Assembly (NCBI GenBank): GCA_945900735.1
Contig: CAMDJX010000002.1
Coordinates: forward strand, 964-64,963
Reading direction: 5' to 3'
DNA: 64,000 nucleotides
Source: Acidimicrobium ferrooxidans DSM 10331
GTDB lineage: Bacteria; Actinomycetota; Acidimicrobiia; Acidimicrobiales; Ilumatobacteraceae
The notes beneath the pieces are model-generated. The model was not told the DNA's origin. It worked only from the letters and a program-made list of their open reading frames with translations, and made no database searches. Shown in pieces: positions 17,507 through 27,500 of this stretch; position 1 is the first letter of the stretch; every line of letters begins with the position of its first letter. Made by a program: the position numbers and the translations under genes.

Positions 17507-20200
17507 CTATTTGGAATCTGTTGAGCTTCCCCCGATGATCGCTTGCGCGCACGCAAGTCGGGCTATGGGAATACGATACGGCGAACACGAGACGTAGTCA
17601 AGTCCCGCCGCGTAAAACATGGCGATTGAGTCCGGGTCTCCCCCGTGTTCGCCACAGACCCCCAACTTCAACGAGCGTTTTGTTTTTCGGCCGCGCCTTA
17701 CGGCCATCCGAACCAATTCGCCCACGCCAACTACATCTATCGACTCGAATGGGTTGCGCTTCAGCAAACCCGCGGCCAAGTACTGCGGCATCAATCGGCT
17801 TTCCACATCATCTCGGCTGAATCCAAACGTCATCTGTGTGAGGTCATTCGTTCCGAAACTGAAAAAATCGCTGACCTCAGCGAGTTCATTTGCAACTAGA
17901 GCTGCTCGTGGTGTTTCAATCATCGTGCCGATTGTCACCTTCGGACGGGAAATCTTTCGAGCTTTTCCAGCCTGCTTATCTGGGGTCGTTCGCGGCAAGC
18001 GACCATGCTGAACGATCGCTTCTTCCACCCAGCTGCGCGCAAGAGTTAACTCTTCTTTCGTGGTGACGAGTGGAATCATGATCTCGATGATTGGTTGGAA
18101 ACCCTCGTTGGCCACAATGTCTGCCGCAGTTAACAACGCTTTCACCTGCATGGCATATAAACCAGGTTTTAGTACGCCAAGTCGAACTCCGCGTGTTCCC
18201 AGCATCGGGTTCACTTCAGACCATGCGTGTGCGGCGTCGAGCAACTTTTGCTCTTGTGAAGTGAGTGCACCCAGCGCCTGTTTACTCTCGAGCGCACCAA
18301 CACGTGGCAGAAATTCGTGCAAAGGAGGATCAAGGAGTCGCACCGTCACTGGAAGCCCGCTCATTGCTCGCAATAATGCAACAAAATCTGTTGTTTGCAC
18401 TTCGCGCAGTGCTTCCAACGCGATTGCCTCTTCTTCGGGAGTCTCGGCAAGAATCATTTGACGAACGACAGGCAACCGATCCGGCGCAAGAAACATGTGT
18501 TCTGTTCGACAAAGCCCAATTCCCTCGGCACCAAATTGACGAGCCATTTCGGCATCCTGTTGATTGTCCGCATTGGCCCTCACTGACATCTTGCCCTTGC
18601 GCACTTCATCGGCCCATTTCACGATGGTGTGAAAATCCTTGGTCGGCTCTGCGGCCACCAACTCGACTGCCCCAAGCATTACCTCGCCAGTAGAGCCATC
18701 TATCGAAATAGTGTCACCCTCACGCACCACTGTTGAGCCAACCGCAAACTGTTTGCCGTCAATCATTACCGTTTCCGCACCGACGACCGCCGGAGTGCCC
18801 CATCCTCGCGCAACAACAGCGGCATGACTGACCAACCCGCCACGTGTGGTGAGAATGCCTTGAGCCACCACCATTCCGTGCACATCGTCGGGGCTGGTTT
18901 CGCCACGCACCAAGATCACGGCTTCGCCACGGCCAACCGCCTTCTCGGCATCACCTGCAGAGAAGTAGACCTTCCCTACTGCGGCGCCCGGCGATGCCGC
19001 TAGACCCACGGCGATGGCAATATTTTTATTGGAAAATCGGGGATGCATGACCTGGTCGAGATGATCCGCGTTCACACGCATCAACGCTTCTCGTTTGGAA
19101 ATCTTCCAGGCTGACTTTCCGCTGCCGGTTGGTTTCGTCATATCTACTGCCATCTTTAGGGCCGCGGCACCCGTGCGTTTGCCCACGCGAGTCTGCAGCA
19201 TCCAAAGTTTTCCCTGTTCAATTGTAAATTCCGTATCGCACATGTCTTTGTAATGTCGCTCAAGCCGAGAAAAAATAGACATCAACTCTTGATGAATCTC
19301 TGGAAACTTTTGCTGCAAAGCATCAAGGTTCTCGGTGTTGCGAATACCGGCAACTACATCTTCACCTTGAGCATTGACAAGAAAATCTCCATATGGTTTG
19401 CTCTCGCCAGTGGCCGCGTTGCGAGTGAACCCCACCCCAGTTCCCGAATTATCGTCTCGGTTTCCGAAAACCATTGCCTGGATGTTGACTGCCGTTCCTA
19501 AATCGTGGTTGATTTTTTCTCGCACACGATAAGCAATTGCACGGGCACCATTCCACGAACGAAATACGGCCTCCACGGCGCCTCGCAGTTGTTTCATCGG
19601 TTCTTGCGGAAACTCTCTGCCAGTCGATTGTTTAACAACAGTCTTATACGTTTCGCACAAGTCGCGCAGGGCGGACGCAGGGAGTTCGGCGTCAGAGGTA
19701 ACACCTGCATTCGATTTAGCAAGAACGAATGGATGCTCGAATTTGTCGCCGTCTATACCAAGCACAATTCGTCCGTACATCGAAATGAAACGCCGATAAC
19801 TATCGAATGCAAAGCGCTCATTGTTTGTGGATTCGGCAAGCCCAACGACGCTTACATCGTTTAGGCCAAGGTTGAGAACGGTGTCCATCATTCCCGGCAT
19901 CGAGAACTTGGCGCCAGAACGAACCGAGACCAATAGTGGACGATGTGGGTCGCCGAGCTTCGCCTCCATCTTTTTTTCCAAAAGTGCAACCTGTTGTTGC
20001 AGCTCGGCGTCAAGTGTCTTTGGCCAGCCAGCCTTCATGTAGCCCCTGCAGGCATCTGTAGTGACGGTGAAACCGTGTGGCACTGGCAGCTTGAGGACGC
20101 TCGTCATTTCTGCCAAGTTTGCGCCCTTGCCACCGAGCAAGTCCTTCATTTCCATCGGCGCTTTGCGATGTTTGTGATCAAACGAAAAAACAAGCGCCAT
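17507..20200 (-). CDS. ppdK: Pyruvate, phosphate dikinase
   Basis: LLGGKGANLAEM, VSVRSGA..SMPGMMDTVLNLG, SHAAVVARG catalytic His, GIGLCRTEHMF and FSFGTNDLTQ motifs. Confidence 0.97.
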   Translation of the reverse strand: MALVFSFDHKHRKAPMEMKDLLGGKGANLAEMTSVLKLPVPHGFTVTTDACRGYMKAGWPKTLDAELQQQVALLEKKMEAKLGDPHRPLLVSVRSGAKFSMPGMMDTVLNLGLNDVSVVGLAESTNNERFAFDSYRRFISMYGRIVLGIDGDKFEHPFVLAKSNAGVTSDAELPASALRDLCETYKTVVKQSTGREFPQEPMKQLRGAVEAVFRSWNGARAIAYRVREKINHDLGTAVNIQAMVFGNRDDNSGTGVGFTRNAATGESKPYGDFLVNAQGEDVVAGIRNTENLDALQQKFPEIHQELMSIFSRLERHYKDMCDTEFTIEQGKLWMLQTRVGKRTGAAALKMAVDMTKPTGSGKSAWKISKREALMRVNADHLDQVMHPRFSNKNIAIAVGLAASPGAAVGKVYFSAGDAEKAVGRGEAVILVRGETSPDDVHGMVVAQGILTTRGGLVSHAAVVARGWGTPAVVGAETVMIDGKQFAVGSTVVREGDTISIDGSTGEVMLGAVELVAAEPTKDFHTIVKWADEVRKGKMSVRANADNQQDAEMARQFGAEGIGLCRTEHMFLAPDRLPVVRQMILAETPEEEAIALEALREVQTTDFVALLRAMSGLPVTVRLLDPPLHEFLPRVGALESKQALGALTSQEQKLLDAAHAWSEVNPMLGTRGVRLGVLKPGLYAMQVKALLTAADIVANEGFQPIIEIMIPLVTTKEELTLARSWVEEAIVQHGRLPRTTPDKQAGKARKISRPKVTIGTMIETPRAALVANELAEVSDFFSFGTNDLTQMTFGFSRDDVESRLMPQYLAAGLLKRNPFESIDVVGVGELVRMAVRRGRKTKRSLKLGVCGEHGGDPDSIAMFYAAGLDYVSCSPYRIPIARLACAQAIIGGSSTDSK

Positions 20201-20240
20201 GCAACAATCTTACGCTTGTTAACGATGCCGCATTACCGAG

Positions 20241-21005
20241 CTAAGTGAGAACACTTCCTCGCTTAATGAGCGCAATCGCCTGTGTGCCAGCAACAGTTGT
20301 ATAGGTGCCAACAGTTACATCATTGACGACAACGTTGGCCCCCGCTACTGCATCAATTGGGCAATCGATAAGCGTCAGCATTTTCGGTGCTGTTGAGCCA
20401 CGTGAATCCATGCGTTCAACAAGTTCTTGGCCGGGATAGCAACCCTTAGTGAAGCTGACGGCACACTCGACGATGCCAGTCTCTGCCGGAATCATGTCGG
20501 TCGAAATATCCACACCCATGATCGGCCACATTGCAGCAACCCGTGCTGCCGCGAACTGCTCGGTTGTTCCCTGCGGAATGTTCGACGGCAGAGTCAATGC
20601 GGGTGAGAAAACGTCGACTGCAGTACCGTCGGCGCGCCATGCGGCAAGCGAGCCGTCTACGGCAGTACCCCCGCAATTGCGAATGGCTCGCCAGTTTTGT
20701 TGCTGTAAGTCCAAGTCGGCATTTACCCGAATCTTAAAACGCTTCAAACGTGCAACCACGCTCTCGCCATAGCCACTGTCGGTGTCAAGCACGAAACGAT
20801 CATTTGCCGCGCACGATACGCGAAGCAGAGCATCGATCTTGCCAGTCGGCTGCAGCACAAACGATGCGCGAACATCGCCAGGCTGCATTGTCTCTATATT
20901 CTGGCTGAGCTGTGAATGCAGATACTTTCGTGCATCAGAGCCCGTAACCGTGACGACATCGCGAACGATTGGCACCCAAAATGCACTCAATGCGGAATCA
21001 ACCAT
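20241..21005 (-). CDS. YgfZ/GcvT-like folate-binding protein
   Basis: KGCYPGQE signature. Confidence 0.9.
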   Translation of the reverse strand: MVDSALSAFWVPIVRDVVTVTGSDARKYLHSQLSQNIETMQPGDVRASFVLQPTGKIDALLRVSCAANDRFVLDTDSGYGESVVARLKRFKIRVNADLDLQQQNWRAIRNCGGTAVDGSLAAWRADGTAVDVFSPALTLPSNIPQGTTEQFAAARVAAMWPIMGVDISTDMIPAETGIVECAVSFTKGCYPGQELVERMDSRGSTAPKMLTLIDCPIDAVAGANVVVNDVTVGTYTTVAGTQAIALIKRGSVLT

Positions 21006-22506
21006 TGGCTTGCCGAGCGGCAGTCATCCTGCGAGCAGCGGGTATGGCCGCGAGCAAAGCAGCCACTTTGTTGTGGCATTCCAAATCTTCGTCTTCTGGA
21101 ATGCTGTCGGCGACAATGCCCGCGCCTGCCTGCAAGACTGCACCTTTCGGCCCAACAAACATTGTTCGAATAGCAATTGCTGTGTCGAGATTGCCCGAAA
21201 AATCGACGTAACCAATGGTGCCTGCGTAAGGCCCACGACGCACAGGCTCGAGTTCGTCGATGATTTCCATTGCCCGTACTTTTGGCGCACCACTGACCGT
21301 GCCTGCAGGAAGCGTTGCACGCAGAACATCGATTGGTCCAAGTCCTTCGCGCAGCTGCCCTGTTACCTGAGAAGTGAGATGCATGACATGACTGTACAAC
21401 TCGAGCGACATCAACTCTTCAACCTTTACCGTGCCAAACTGTGCCACTCGACCAACATCATTTCGGGCTAGATCTACCAGCATGATGTGTTCGGCAACCT
21501 CTTTCGGATGCTCGCGCAATTCCGCTGCAAGCTTCTTGTCGTGCTCATCATCCAAACCGCGCTTACGAGTGCCGGCGATAGGTCGGCTCGTTACTTTGCC
21601 ATCGCGCAACTGCACCATTGGCTCGGGAGAACTGCCAACAATGGTGATGCTGTTGTGCTTCATGTAATACATGTACGGGCTTGGGTTAACTTGTCGCAGC
21701 ACTCGATAGAAATCGAATGGGTCTGCCCCTAGTTGAATATCAAACCTCTGCGAAAGCACCACCTGAAAAATGTCTCCGGCCTTGATGTGTTCTTTTGCTG
21801 CTTCAACCGCAGTTTGAAAAGAACTGCCCTTTGGCACGTCACGTGTCGGTTTCGAGTCGGTCGCAAGCGGTGGCTCCGCCGCAACGTACGCAAGGGGCTG
21901 AGTGAGGTCGTGAACGGCGGCATGAATGCGCTCGATCGCGGCATCGTATGCGGCATCAATTTCCAGTGAGTTGCGATCGACAAGCGGAACACTTTCCAAC
22001 ACATACGCACGCTGACGCCAGTGATCGAACGCAACCAGCGAACCAATCATGCTGACAACAGCATCGGGAAATTCGTGAACATCGCGGGGAGGATTCGGAA
22101 GGTTTTCTATCTCGCGGACTACGTCGTAACCCAGGAAACCCATCAGACCACCTTGCAATGGTGGCAACTCCTCCATCACCGGCGCCTTATATATAGACAA
22201 CAACGACTCCATTGCGCCGAGCATGCCGTGGTCGAGGTCGATGTCCTCTGGCACAGCGCCCGAGACGACCATGTTTCCATTGCGCATTTGCAGCGTTGCC
22301 AATGCATTACGACCAACGAATGAATAACGACTCCAACTACCCCCGTGCTCGACCGACTCGAGCAGGAAACCCGGCTTGTCCCCCACGAGCTTCATGTAGG
22401 CAGCAACCGGTGTTTCTACGTCGGCCAAAATTTCTGTCCAAACAGGAACAACTGTGAAGTTGACAGAGAGAAAATGGAAATCTTGACGTGAGGGAAAAAT
22501 CTGCAT
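20998..22506 (-). CDS. trpE: Anthranilate synthase component I
   Basis: LLESVE..SRYS, GDIFQVVLSQR, NPSPYM, PIAGTR, EHIMLVDLARND and PAGTVSGAPK motifs. Confidence 0.93.
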   Translation of the reverse strand: MQIFPSRQDFHFLSVNFTVVPVWTEILADVETPVAAYMKLVGDKPGFLLESVEHGGSWSRYSFVGRNALATLQMRNGNMVVSGAVPEDIDLDHGMLGAMESLLSIYKAPVMEELPPLQGGLMGFLGYDVVREIENLPNPPRDVHEFPDAVVSMIGSLVAFDHWRQRAYVLESVPLVDRNSLEIDAAYDAAIERIHAAVHDLTQPLAYVAAEPPLATDSKPTRDVPKGSSFQTAVEAAKEHIKAGDIFQVVLSQRFDIQLGADPFDFYRVLRQVNPSPYMYYMKHNSITIVGSSPEPMVQLRDGKVTSRPIAGTRKRGLDDEHDKKLAAELREHPKEVAEHIMLVDLARNDVGRVAQFGTVKVEELMSLELYSHVMHLTSQVTGQLREGLGPIDVLRATLPAGTVSGAPKVRAMEIIDELEPVRRGPYAGTIGYVDFSGNLDTAIAIRTMFVGPKGAVLQAGAGIVADSIPEDEDLECHNKVAALLAAIPAARRMTAARQANG

Positions 22507-22745
22507 TAGCGGCCCTGTCGCGATGCACGCAGCACCAAGCGCAGCGCCGTGTTCACGCCGCGCTCGGCTTCATAAATTGCGGTTAACAGATCGTCGCCGG
22601 CATCGGCGTTGTTTGGGTCGCGGATTGCCATGGCTCGCGATTGCGCAAGTGCGTTGAGCCGTTCGCGCGAGCGCTCCAGCGTGTCGACAAGAGCAGAGAG
22701 CTCGGCCCGCGTACTGGCGGTGTTCCCAGAAATGTCAGCAGGCAT
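22506..22745 (-). CDS. Small helical hypothetical protein, translationally coupled to trpE
   Basis: 79-aa ORF; TAATG stop/start overlap with trpE; TAAGAT 6 nt upstream of its ATG. Confidence 0.75.
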   Translation of the reverse strand: MPADISGNTASTRAELSALVDTLERSRERLNALAQSRAMAIRDPNNADAGDDLLTAIYEAERGVNTALRLVLRASRQGR

Positions 22746-22802
22746 CGCTGCATCTTAGACGCGAGGCTTACGTGTTGTGCTGACGAATTATCCAGACAAA
22801 TG

Positions 22803-22895
22803 ACAAAGGCCCCGTAAGGGGCCCTTGGCACGCGATCTCAGGCGGCGGACCCGAGACCAGCATCGCGCGAAAGCGAAACGCCTCGCGCGACTGCA
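22803..22895 (-). ncRNA. Putative three-hairpin small RNA, family not recognised
   Basis: TACATT at 22897-22902, then hairpins TCGCGCGA..TCGCGCGA, GGTCTCGGG-TCCGCCG-CCTGAGATC and AAGGGCCCC-TTAC-GGGGCCTTT. G-U pairs favour the minus strand. Confidence 0.55.
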
Positions 22896-22907
22896 CAATG
22901 TAACGGC

Positions 22908-23630
22908 TTAGCGAGCTTTTTTTGCCGCAGGCTTTTTGGATCCTGCCGATTTTGCCATTTTTGATCTTGGAAGCTCGGACGATGGACAGATATCGGCAAA
23001 CTCGCATACTTGACACTGTGGCTTTTTTGCATCGCAGACGCGCCTACCGTGCAGGATCAATCGCAGACCGAAACCGCCCCAATCCTGCGGTGGAAACATT
23101 GCATTGAGTGCATATTCCACTTTCACCGGGTCTTCCTCTTTAGTTAAACCAAGCCTGCGCGACAAGCGTCCGACATGTGTGTCCACCGCCAGGCCAGGCA
23201 AGTCGAACACAACGCTTCGCAACACATTGGCGGTCTTTCGCCCAACACCAGGCAACGTAACGAGATCCTCGATTGCTGACGGCACCTCTCCACCAAATCT
23301 GTCGACAACACCACGTGCCATACCGATGAGATTCTTTGCCTTTGTTTGATAAAACCCCGTTGAGCGGACCAGCTCCTCCACTCTCTCGACATTGGCAACA
23401 GAAAGTGTTTCGGCAGTAGGAAATTCTGCGAACAGTGCCGGCGTCACCATGTTTACTCGCGCATCCGTACATTGCGCCGAAAGAATAGTTGCAGCGAGCA
23501 ACTGAAATGCGCTTTCGTGTGTGAGCTCGCAAATTGCTTCCGGGTAGATCACCTTCAGCCGCTTCAACACCTCTGTTGCGCGATCGGCAATTTTCTTGTT
23601 CACCTTTACAGCTGCCACAGGTGCGAACAC
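22908..23630 (-). CDS. nth: Endonuclease III
   Basis: LSAQCTD, HhH LPGVGRKTANV, VDTHV and the C-x6-C-x2-C-x5-C [4Fe-4S] motif. Confidence 0.96.
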   Translation of the reverse strand: MFAPVAAVKVNKKIADRATEVLKRLKVIYPEAICELTHESAFQLLAATILSAQCTDARVNMVTPALFAEFPTAETLSVANVERVEELVRSTGFYQTKAKNLIGMARGVVDRFGGEVPSAIEDLVTLPGVGRKTANVLRSVVFDLPGLAVDTHVGRLSRRLGLTKEEDPVKVEYALNAMFPPQDWGGFGLRLILHGRRVCDAKKPQCQVCEFADICPSSELPRSKMAKSAGSKKPAAKKAR

Positions 23631-23660
23631 TAGTCATCCAGCACGGATATCCTGACACCC

Positions 23661-24572
23661 ATGCCGCTCAACATTCTTCAGCGCCGAGCCGGCGCCGAGT
23701 TGGCCGAGTCGATGGCCGACATTGACTCACTGCTCGAAGCCGTGGAGCGCGCAGATGGGCAGCGTCCACTTTCCGATCACATGTGGCTCGATCTGCGCCA
23801 GGGAGGCCGCCCGGGGTTTGCAGGTCTGCTCGGTGTACAAGACGACCACGACCACCTAGTTGCGTACTGCCAAGTTTCGCGCGGCAACGAATCTTGGTCG
23901 CTCGACTTGGTTGTCCACCCGCATCATCGATACGAGATGACCACAATTGGCCCACAAATGTTGCACGCTGCAATCAACATCATTCAGGCGGAAGGTGGTG
24001 GTCACGTTCATTGGTGGGTGTTCGAACCAACCCCCACATATACCAACCTTGCTGCCGACATTGGTTTGTCGCCTGGCCGCACCATGCTGCAGTTGCGCGT
24101 GCAACTGCCGCTCACGCAATCAACAGAGATTGAGACGTGTGCCTTTCGAGTTGGCACAGACGAAGCCCAGTGGCTGGAAGTAAACAACCGTGCGTTTGCC
24201 GACCACCCCGAGCAAGGCCATTGGTCCACCGAAACACTTGCCTCTCGTTTTGCAACTAGCTGGTTCAACCCCGAAGGCTTATTAATGCATCACGAACATG
24301 ACCAACTCGCCGGATTTTGCTGGACAAAACTTCACACAGACACCACACCGCACCTTGGCGAAATTTATGTCGTTGCAGTAGACCCAGCATTTGCTCGGCG
24401 TGGTCTAGGGCGAGCACTGACCATTGCAGGACTTCAGCATCTCTCGGCCGAAGGCGCACCTGTTGGCATGTTGTACGTAGCAGCTGACAATTTCGCGGCG
24501 CTTTCGCTCTATCGATCACTTGGGTTCACGACACATCACACCCAACGAGCCTTTGTCGGTGACGTCCAGTAG
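23661..24572 (+). CDS. mshD: Mycothiol synthase (tandem GNAT)
   Basis: VNNRAFADHPEQGHW, GFCWTK, GEIYVVAVDP, LYV..DN..A..LY motifs. Confidence 0.9.
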   Translation: MPLNILQRRAGAELAESMADIDSLLEAVERADGQRPLSDHMWLDLRQGGRPGFAGLLGVQDDHDHLVAYCQVSRGNESWSLDLVVHPHHRYEMTTIGPQMLHAAINIIQAEGGGHVHWWVFEPTPTYTNLAADIGLSPGRTMLQLRVQLPLTQSTEIETCAFRVGTDEAQWLEVNNRAFADHPEQGHWSTETLASRFATSWFNPEGLLMHHEHDQLAGFCWTKLHTDTTPHLGEIYVVAVDPAFARRGLGRALTIAGLQHLSAEGAPVGMLYVAADNFAALSLYRSLGFTTHHTQRAFVGDVQ

Positions 24573-24581
24573 TTTTGGGCC

Positions 24582-26399
24582 ATGAATAACACCCAACAGC
24601 AAACTGCTCTACCTCGCTGGTCTGTGGCAGATGTCCATCAGTCATTTGACGCGCGCTCATTTACCGACGCAATGGAAGCTGCAGGTGCTGGCGTAACTCG
24701 GCTTGAGGCTTTGTTTGAAGAACACAACGTGCGCGCAATTACTCCGCGCCCGGTGAAGCCGGCGGATGGCGAAGCCGCCGATTCTGTAATCAGCACTTTC
24801 AATAACGTTGTCGAAGCGCAAGAAATTCTTGGCGCTTACGTCTATGCAACCGTGAGTACCGACTCGCGCAACGAACGAGCACAAGGTTTACTCAGCGAAA
24901 TGGAAACACTCGACGCACGAGTTTCGCCTCTGCTCTCCCGTCTTGCCGACTGGGTGGCTGCATTGGGTACCGAACAGCTGGCAACAGTAAGCACCGAGGC
25001 CCGCGACCACTTGGGCCCTCTCGAGCGTCTGCAGGCACGCGCCGAACATCAAATGTCCGAAGTTGAAGAAGGTCTCTATTCCGAGCTTGGCACCACGGGC
25101 TCTTCGGCATGGGGACGCCTGCAGGGCGACCTGACATCCCAATTGAGCACCGATGTACACCTTCCGACAGGAACAAAGACAATGCCGATGGCAGCGGTTC
25201 GCGGGCTCTCAACCGACCCCGATTTGAACGTGCGTAAAGCCGCGTACGAAGCCGAGATGCGCGCATGGCCAACTATTGCGGTGGCATGTGCGGCCGCGAT
25301 GAACAGCATCAAAGGTGAAGCCAACGTAGTTAATCGCAGGCGCAAGTGGAAGCAACCACTGGATGCATCGCTGTATTCCAACAACGTGAGCCTGGAAACA
25401 TTCAATGCCATGCAGTCGGCCGTACACGCATCACTTCCCGACTTTCGCCGCTGGATGCGCGTAAAAGCAAAACTCGTAGGTGACACCAACGGGCTTTCCT
25501 GGTGGAACCTTGCCGCGCCACTCAGCATCTCGCCTGGGCCGATTTCGTGGGATCAAGGTATCTCATTAGTGAAAGGTGCCTTCGCGAGTTACAGCGATCG
25601 ACTTTCACACCTCGTTGATCGATCAATTAGCGAACAGTGGCTCGATGCCGAACCGCGCGAAGGAAAAGTTGGCGGCGCATTTTGTATGTCATTCGTTGAC
25701 GACCGCTCGCTTGTACTGCTGAACTGGAGCGGCAGCGTCGACTCGGCGCAAGTTACCGCTCACGAACTAGGGCACGCGTACCACAACACTCAATTGGCGC
25801 ATCGCACCGCCCTACAAAAGCGACTGCCCATGGCACTTGCAGAGACCGCAAGCATTTTTTGCGAGACGCTTGTTGTTGAGGAAGGTCTTTCTCGCTTGCA
25901 AGGCGACGACCGCCTGGCGCTGCTGGACGTAGACCTGATCGGTGCAAACCAAGTAGTCGTCGATATCCATAGTCGTTTTCTGTTTGAGACCGAAGTGTTT
26001 GCACGACGACAGAAGCGCACCCTTGGAGTGAGCGAACTGAATGAGATCATGCTCTCTGCGCAACGCGATGCATACGGCGACGGCCTTGACCAATCAACCG
26101 CTCACCCCCACATGTGGGTATTGAAACCCCATTACTACGGCAGCCATTTTTATAACTGGCCATATACCTACGGTTTGCTGTTTGGGCTGGGCTTATACGC
26201 GCAGTATCAACTGGATCCAGAGAAGTTTCGAGATGGATACGACGATGTGCTTTCGAGAGCTGGCATGGACACAGCAGAACAGTTGGGACAGGCCTTCGGT
26301 ATCGACGTGACATCCGAATCGTTCTGGACAGCAAGCCTTGACGTGCTGCGTGCTCGAATGCGGGATTACGAACAATTGGCTCAGCCACACTTGCAATAA
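24582..26399 (+). CDS. M3B oligoendopeptidase F family
   Basis: GKVGGAFC, HELGH zinc motif, MALAETAS and FYNWPYTYG motifs. Confidence 0.92.
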   Translation: MNNTQQQTALPRWSVADVHQSFDARSFTDAMEAAGAGVTRLEALFEEHNVRAITPRPVKPADGEAADSVISTFNNVVEAQEILGAYVYATVSTDSRNERAQGLLSEMETLDARVSPLLSRLADWVAALGTEQLATVSTEARDHLGPLERLQARAEHQMSEVEEGLYSELGTTGSSAWGRLQGDLTSQLSTDVHLPTGTKTMPMAAVRGLSTDPDLNVRKAAYEAEMRAWPTIAVACAAAMNSIKGEANVVNRRRKWKQPLDASLYSNNVSLETFNAMQSAVHASLPDFRRWMRVKAKLVGDTNGLSWWNLAAPLSISPGPISWDQGISLVKGAFASYSDRLSHLVDRSISEQWLDAEPREGKVGGAFCMSFVDDRSLVLLNWSGSVDSAQVTAHELGHAYHNTQLAHRTALQKRLPMALAETASIFCETLVVEEGLSRLQGDDRLALLDVDLIGANQVVVDIHSRFLFETEVFARRQKRTLGVSELNEIMLSAQRDAYGDGLDQSTAHPHMWVLKPHYYGSHFYNWPYTYGLLFGLGLYAQYQLDPEKFRDGYDDVLSRAGMDTAEQLGQAFGIDVTSESFWTASLDVLRARMRDYEQLAQPHLQ

Positions 26400-26436
26400 C
26401 CAAGGATCTACCGCCCCCACCTCTAGCCTGTAGGTC

Positions 26437-27495
26437 ATGACAAGTCTTTACGATGCAACTCGTGAGGACATCGAAGTACTGCTTGAAGACCAGCCCGCAT
26501 TCCGGATTACACAAATCTGGGACGGCCTCTACAAACAATTGCTAGAGCCCGAGAAGATTCTCACGCTTCCTGCAGCGCTGCGTACCCAAATGACCGAAAT
26601 GTTGCCAACGGCGCTCAACTCCGTGACAACAAGCATCAGCGACAAGGGCGACACCGTAAAGTTCCTGTGGTCGCTTGTCAATGGCGGACACCCCATCGAA
26701 ACCGTGCTGATGCACTATCGCGACCGAGCGACGGTGTGTGTCAGTACTCAAGCAGGGTGCGCAATGGCTTGCGGGTTCTGCGCAACAGGCCAAGCAGGTT
26801 TCAGCCGACATCTCACAACCGGCGAGATTGTGGAACAAGTTGTGCGTGCCGCGCGAGAAAGCGCAAAACGTAAACAACGCCTTGCCAACGTGGTGTTCAT
26901 GGGTATGGGCGAACCGCTTGCAAACGAAGCAGCAGTGTGGGGCGCCGTTGAACGGCTTCACGCCGACATTGGCCTGTCCGCACGAAACCTCACTATCTCT
27001 ACAGTTGGCATCGTGCCTGGCATTCGCACACTTGCCGACCGTCCGCTTCCCGTCAACTTGGCCGTCTCGCTGCATGCCGCACGCGACTCGCTGCGCGACG
27101 AACTTGTACCAATCAACAAGCGCTACCCGCTAGCTGACTTGGTGCAGGCCTGTGCCGATTACCTGTTGAAAAAGAATCGTCGCGTCAGTTTCGAGTGGGC
27201 CATGATCGACGGCATCAACGATCAACCGCAGGACGCCCGCGAGCTAGCCCGCTTGTGCAAGCGATTGCGCCCAGCCGCGCACGTCAACCTCATACCCCTC
27301 AACCCAACCCCGGGCTGGCCAACAAAGGGCACATCCCCAGAGGGCGTCCGCGAGTTTGCCCGACAACTTGAAGATTTGGGTGTCAACGTAACCATCCGTC
27401 GCAATCGCGGCACCGACATCGATGCCGCATGCGGACAGCTCGCTGCAGGTCAGCCGATCAAACTTGGCGCCCGCCGAGTGGTGACAGCGGAATAA
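26437..27495 (+). CDS. rlmN: Radical SAM 23S rRNA A2503/tRNA methyltransferase
   Basis: CAMACGFC, MGMGEP, SLHA and DIDAACGQL motifs. Confidence 0.96.
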   Translation: MTSLYDATREDIEVLLEDQPAFRITQIWDGLYKQLLEPEKILTLPAALRTQMTEMLPTALNSVTTSISDKGDTVKFLWSLVNGGHPIETVLMHYRDRATVCVSTQAGCAMACGFCATGQAGFSRHLTTGEIVEQVVRAARESAKRKQRLANVVFMGMGEPLANEAAVWGAVERLHADIGLSARNLTISTVGIVPGIRTLADRPLPVNLAVSLHAARDSLRDELVPINKRYPLADLVQACADYLLKKNRRVSFEWAMIDGINDQPQDARELARLCKRLRPAAHVNLIPLNPTPGWPTKGTSPEGVREFARQLEDLGVNVTIRRNRGTDIDAACGQLAAGQPIKLGARRVVTAE

Positions 27496-27500
27496 ATCGT

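Noticed and set aside
22768..23016. 82-aa and 64-aa ORFs across the nth 3' region as genes or a trp attenuator peptide
   Set aside because: They overlap nth out of frame and have no Trp run; RNA structure explains the region better.
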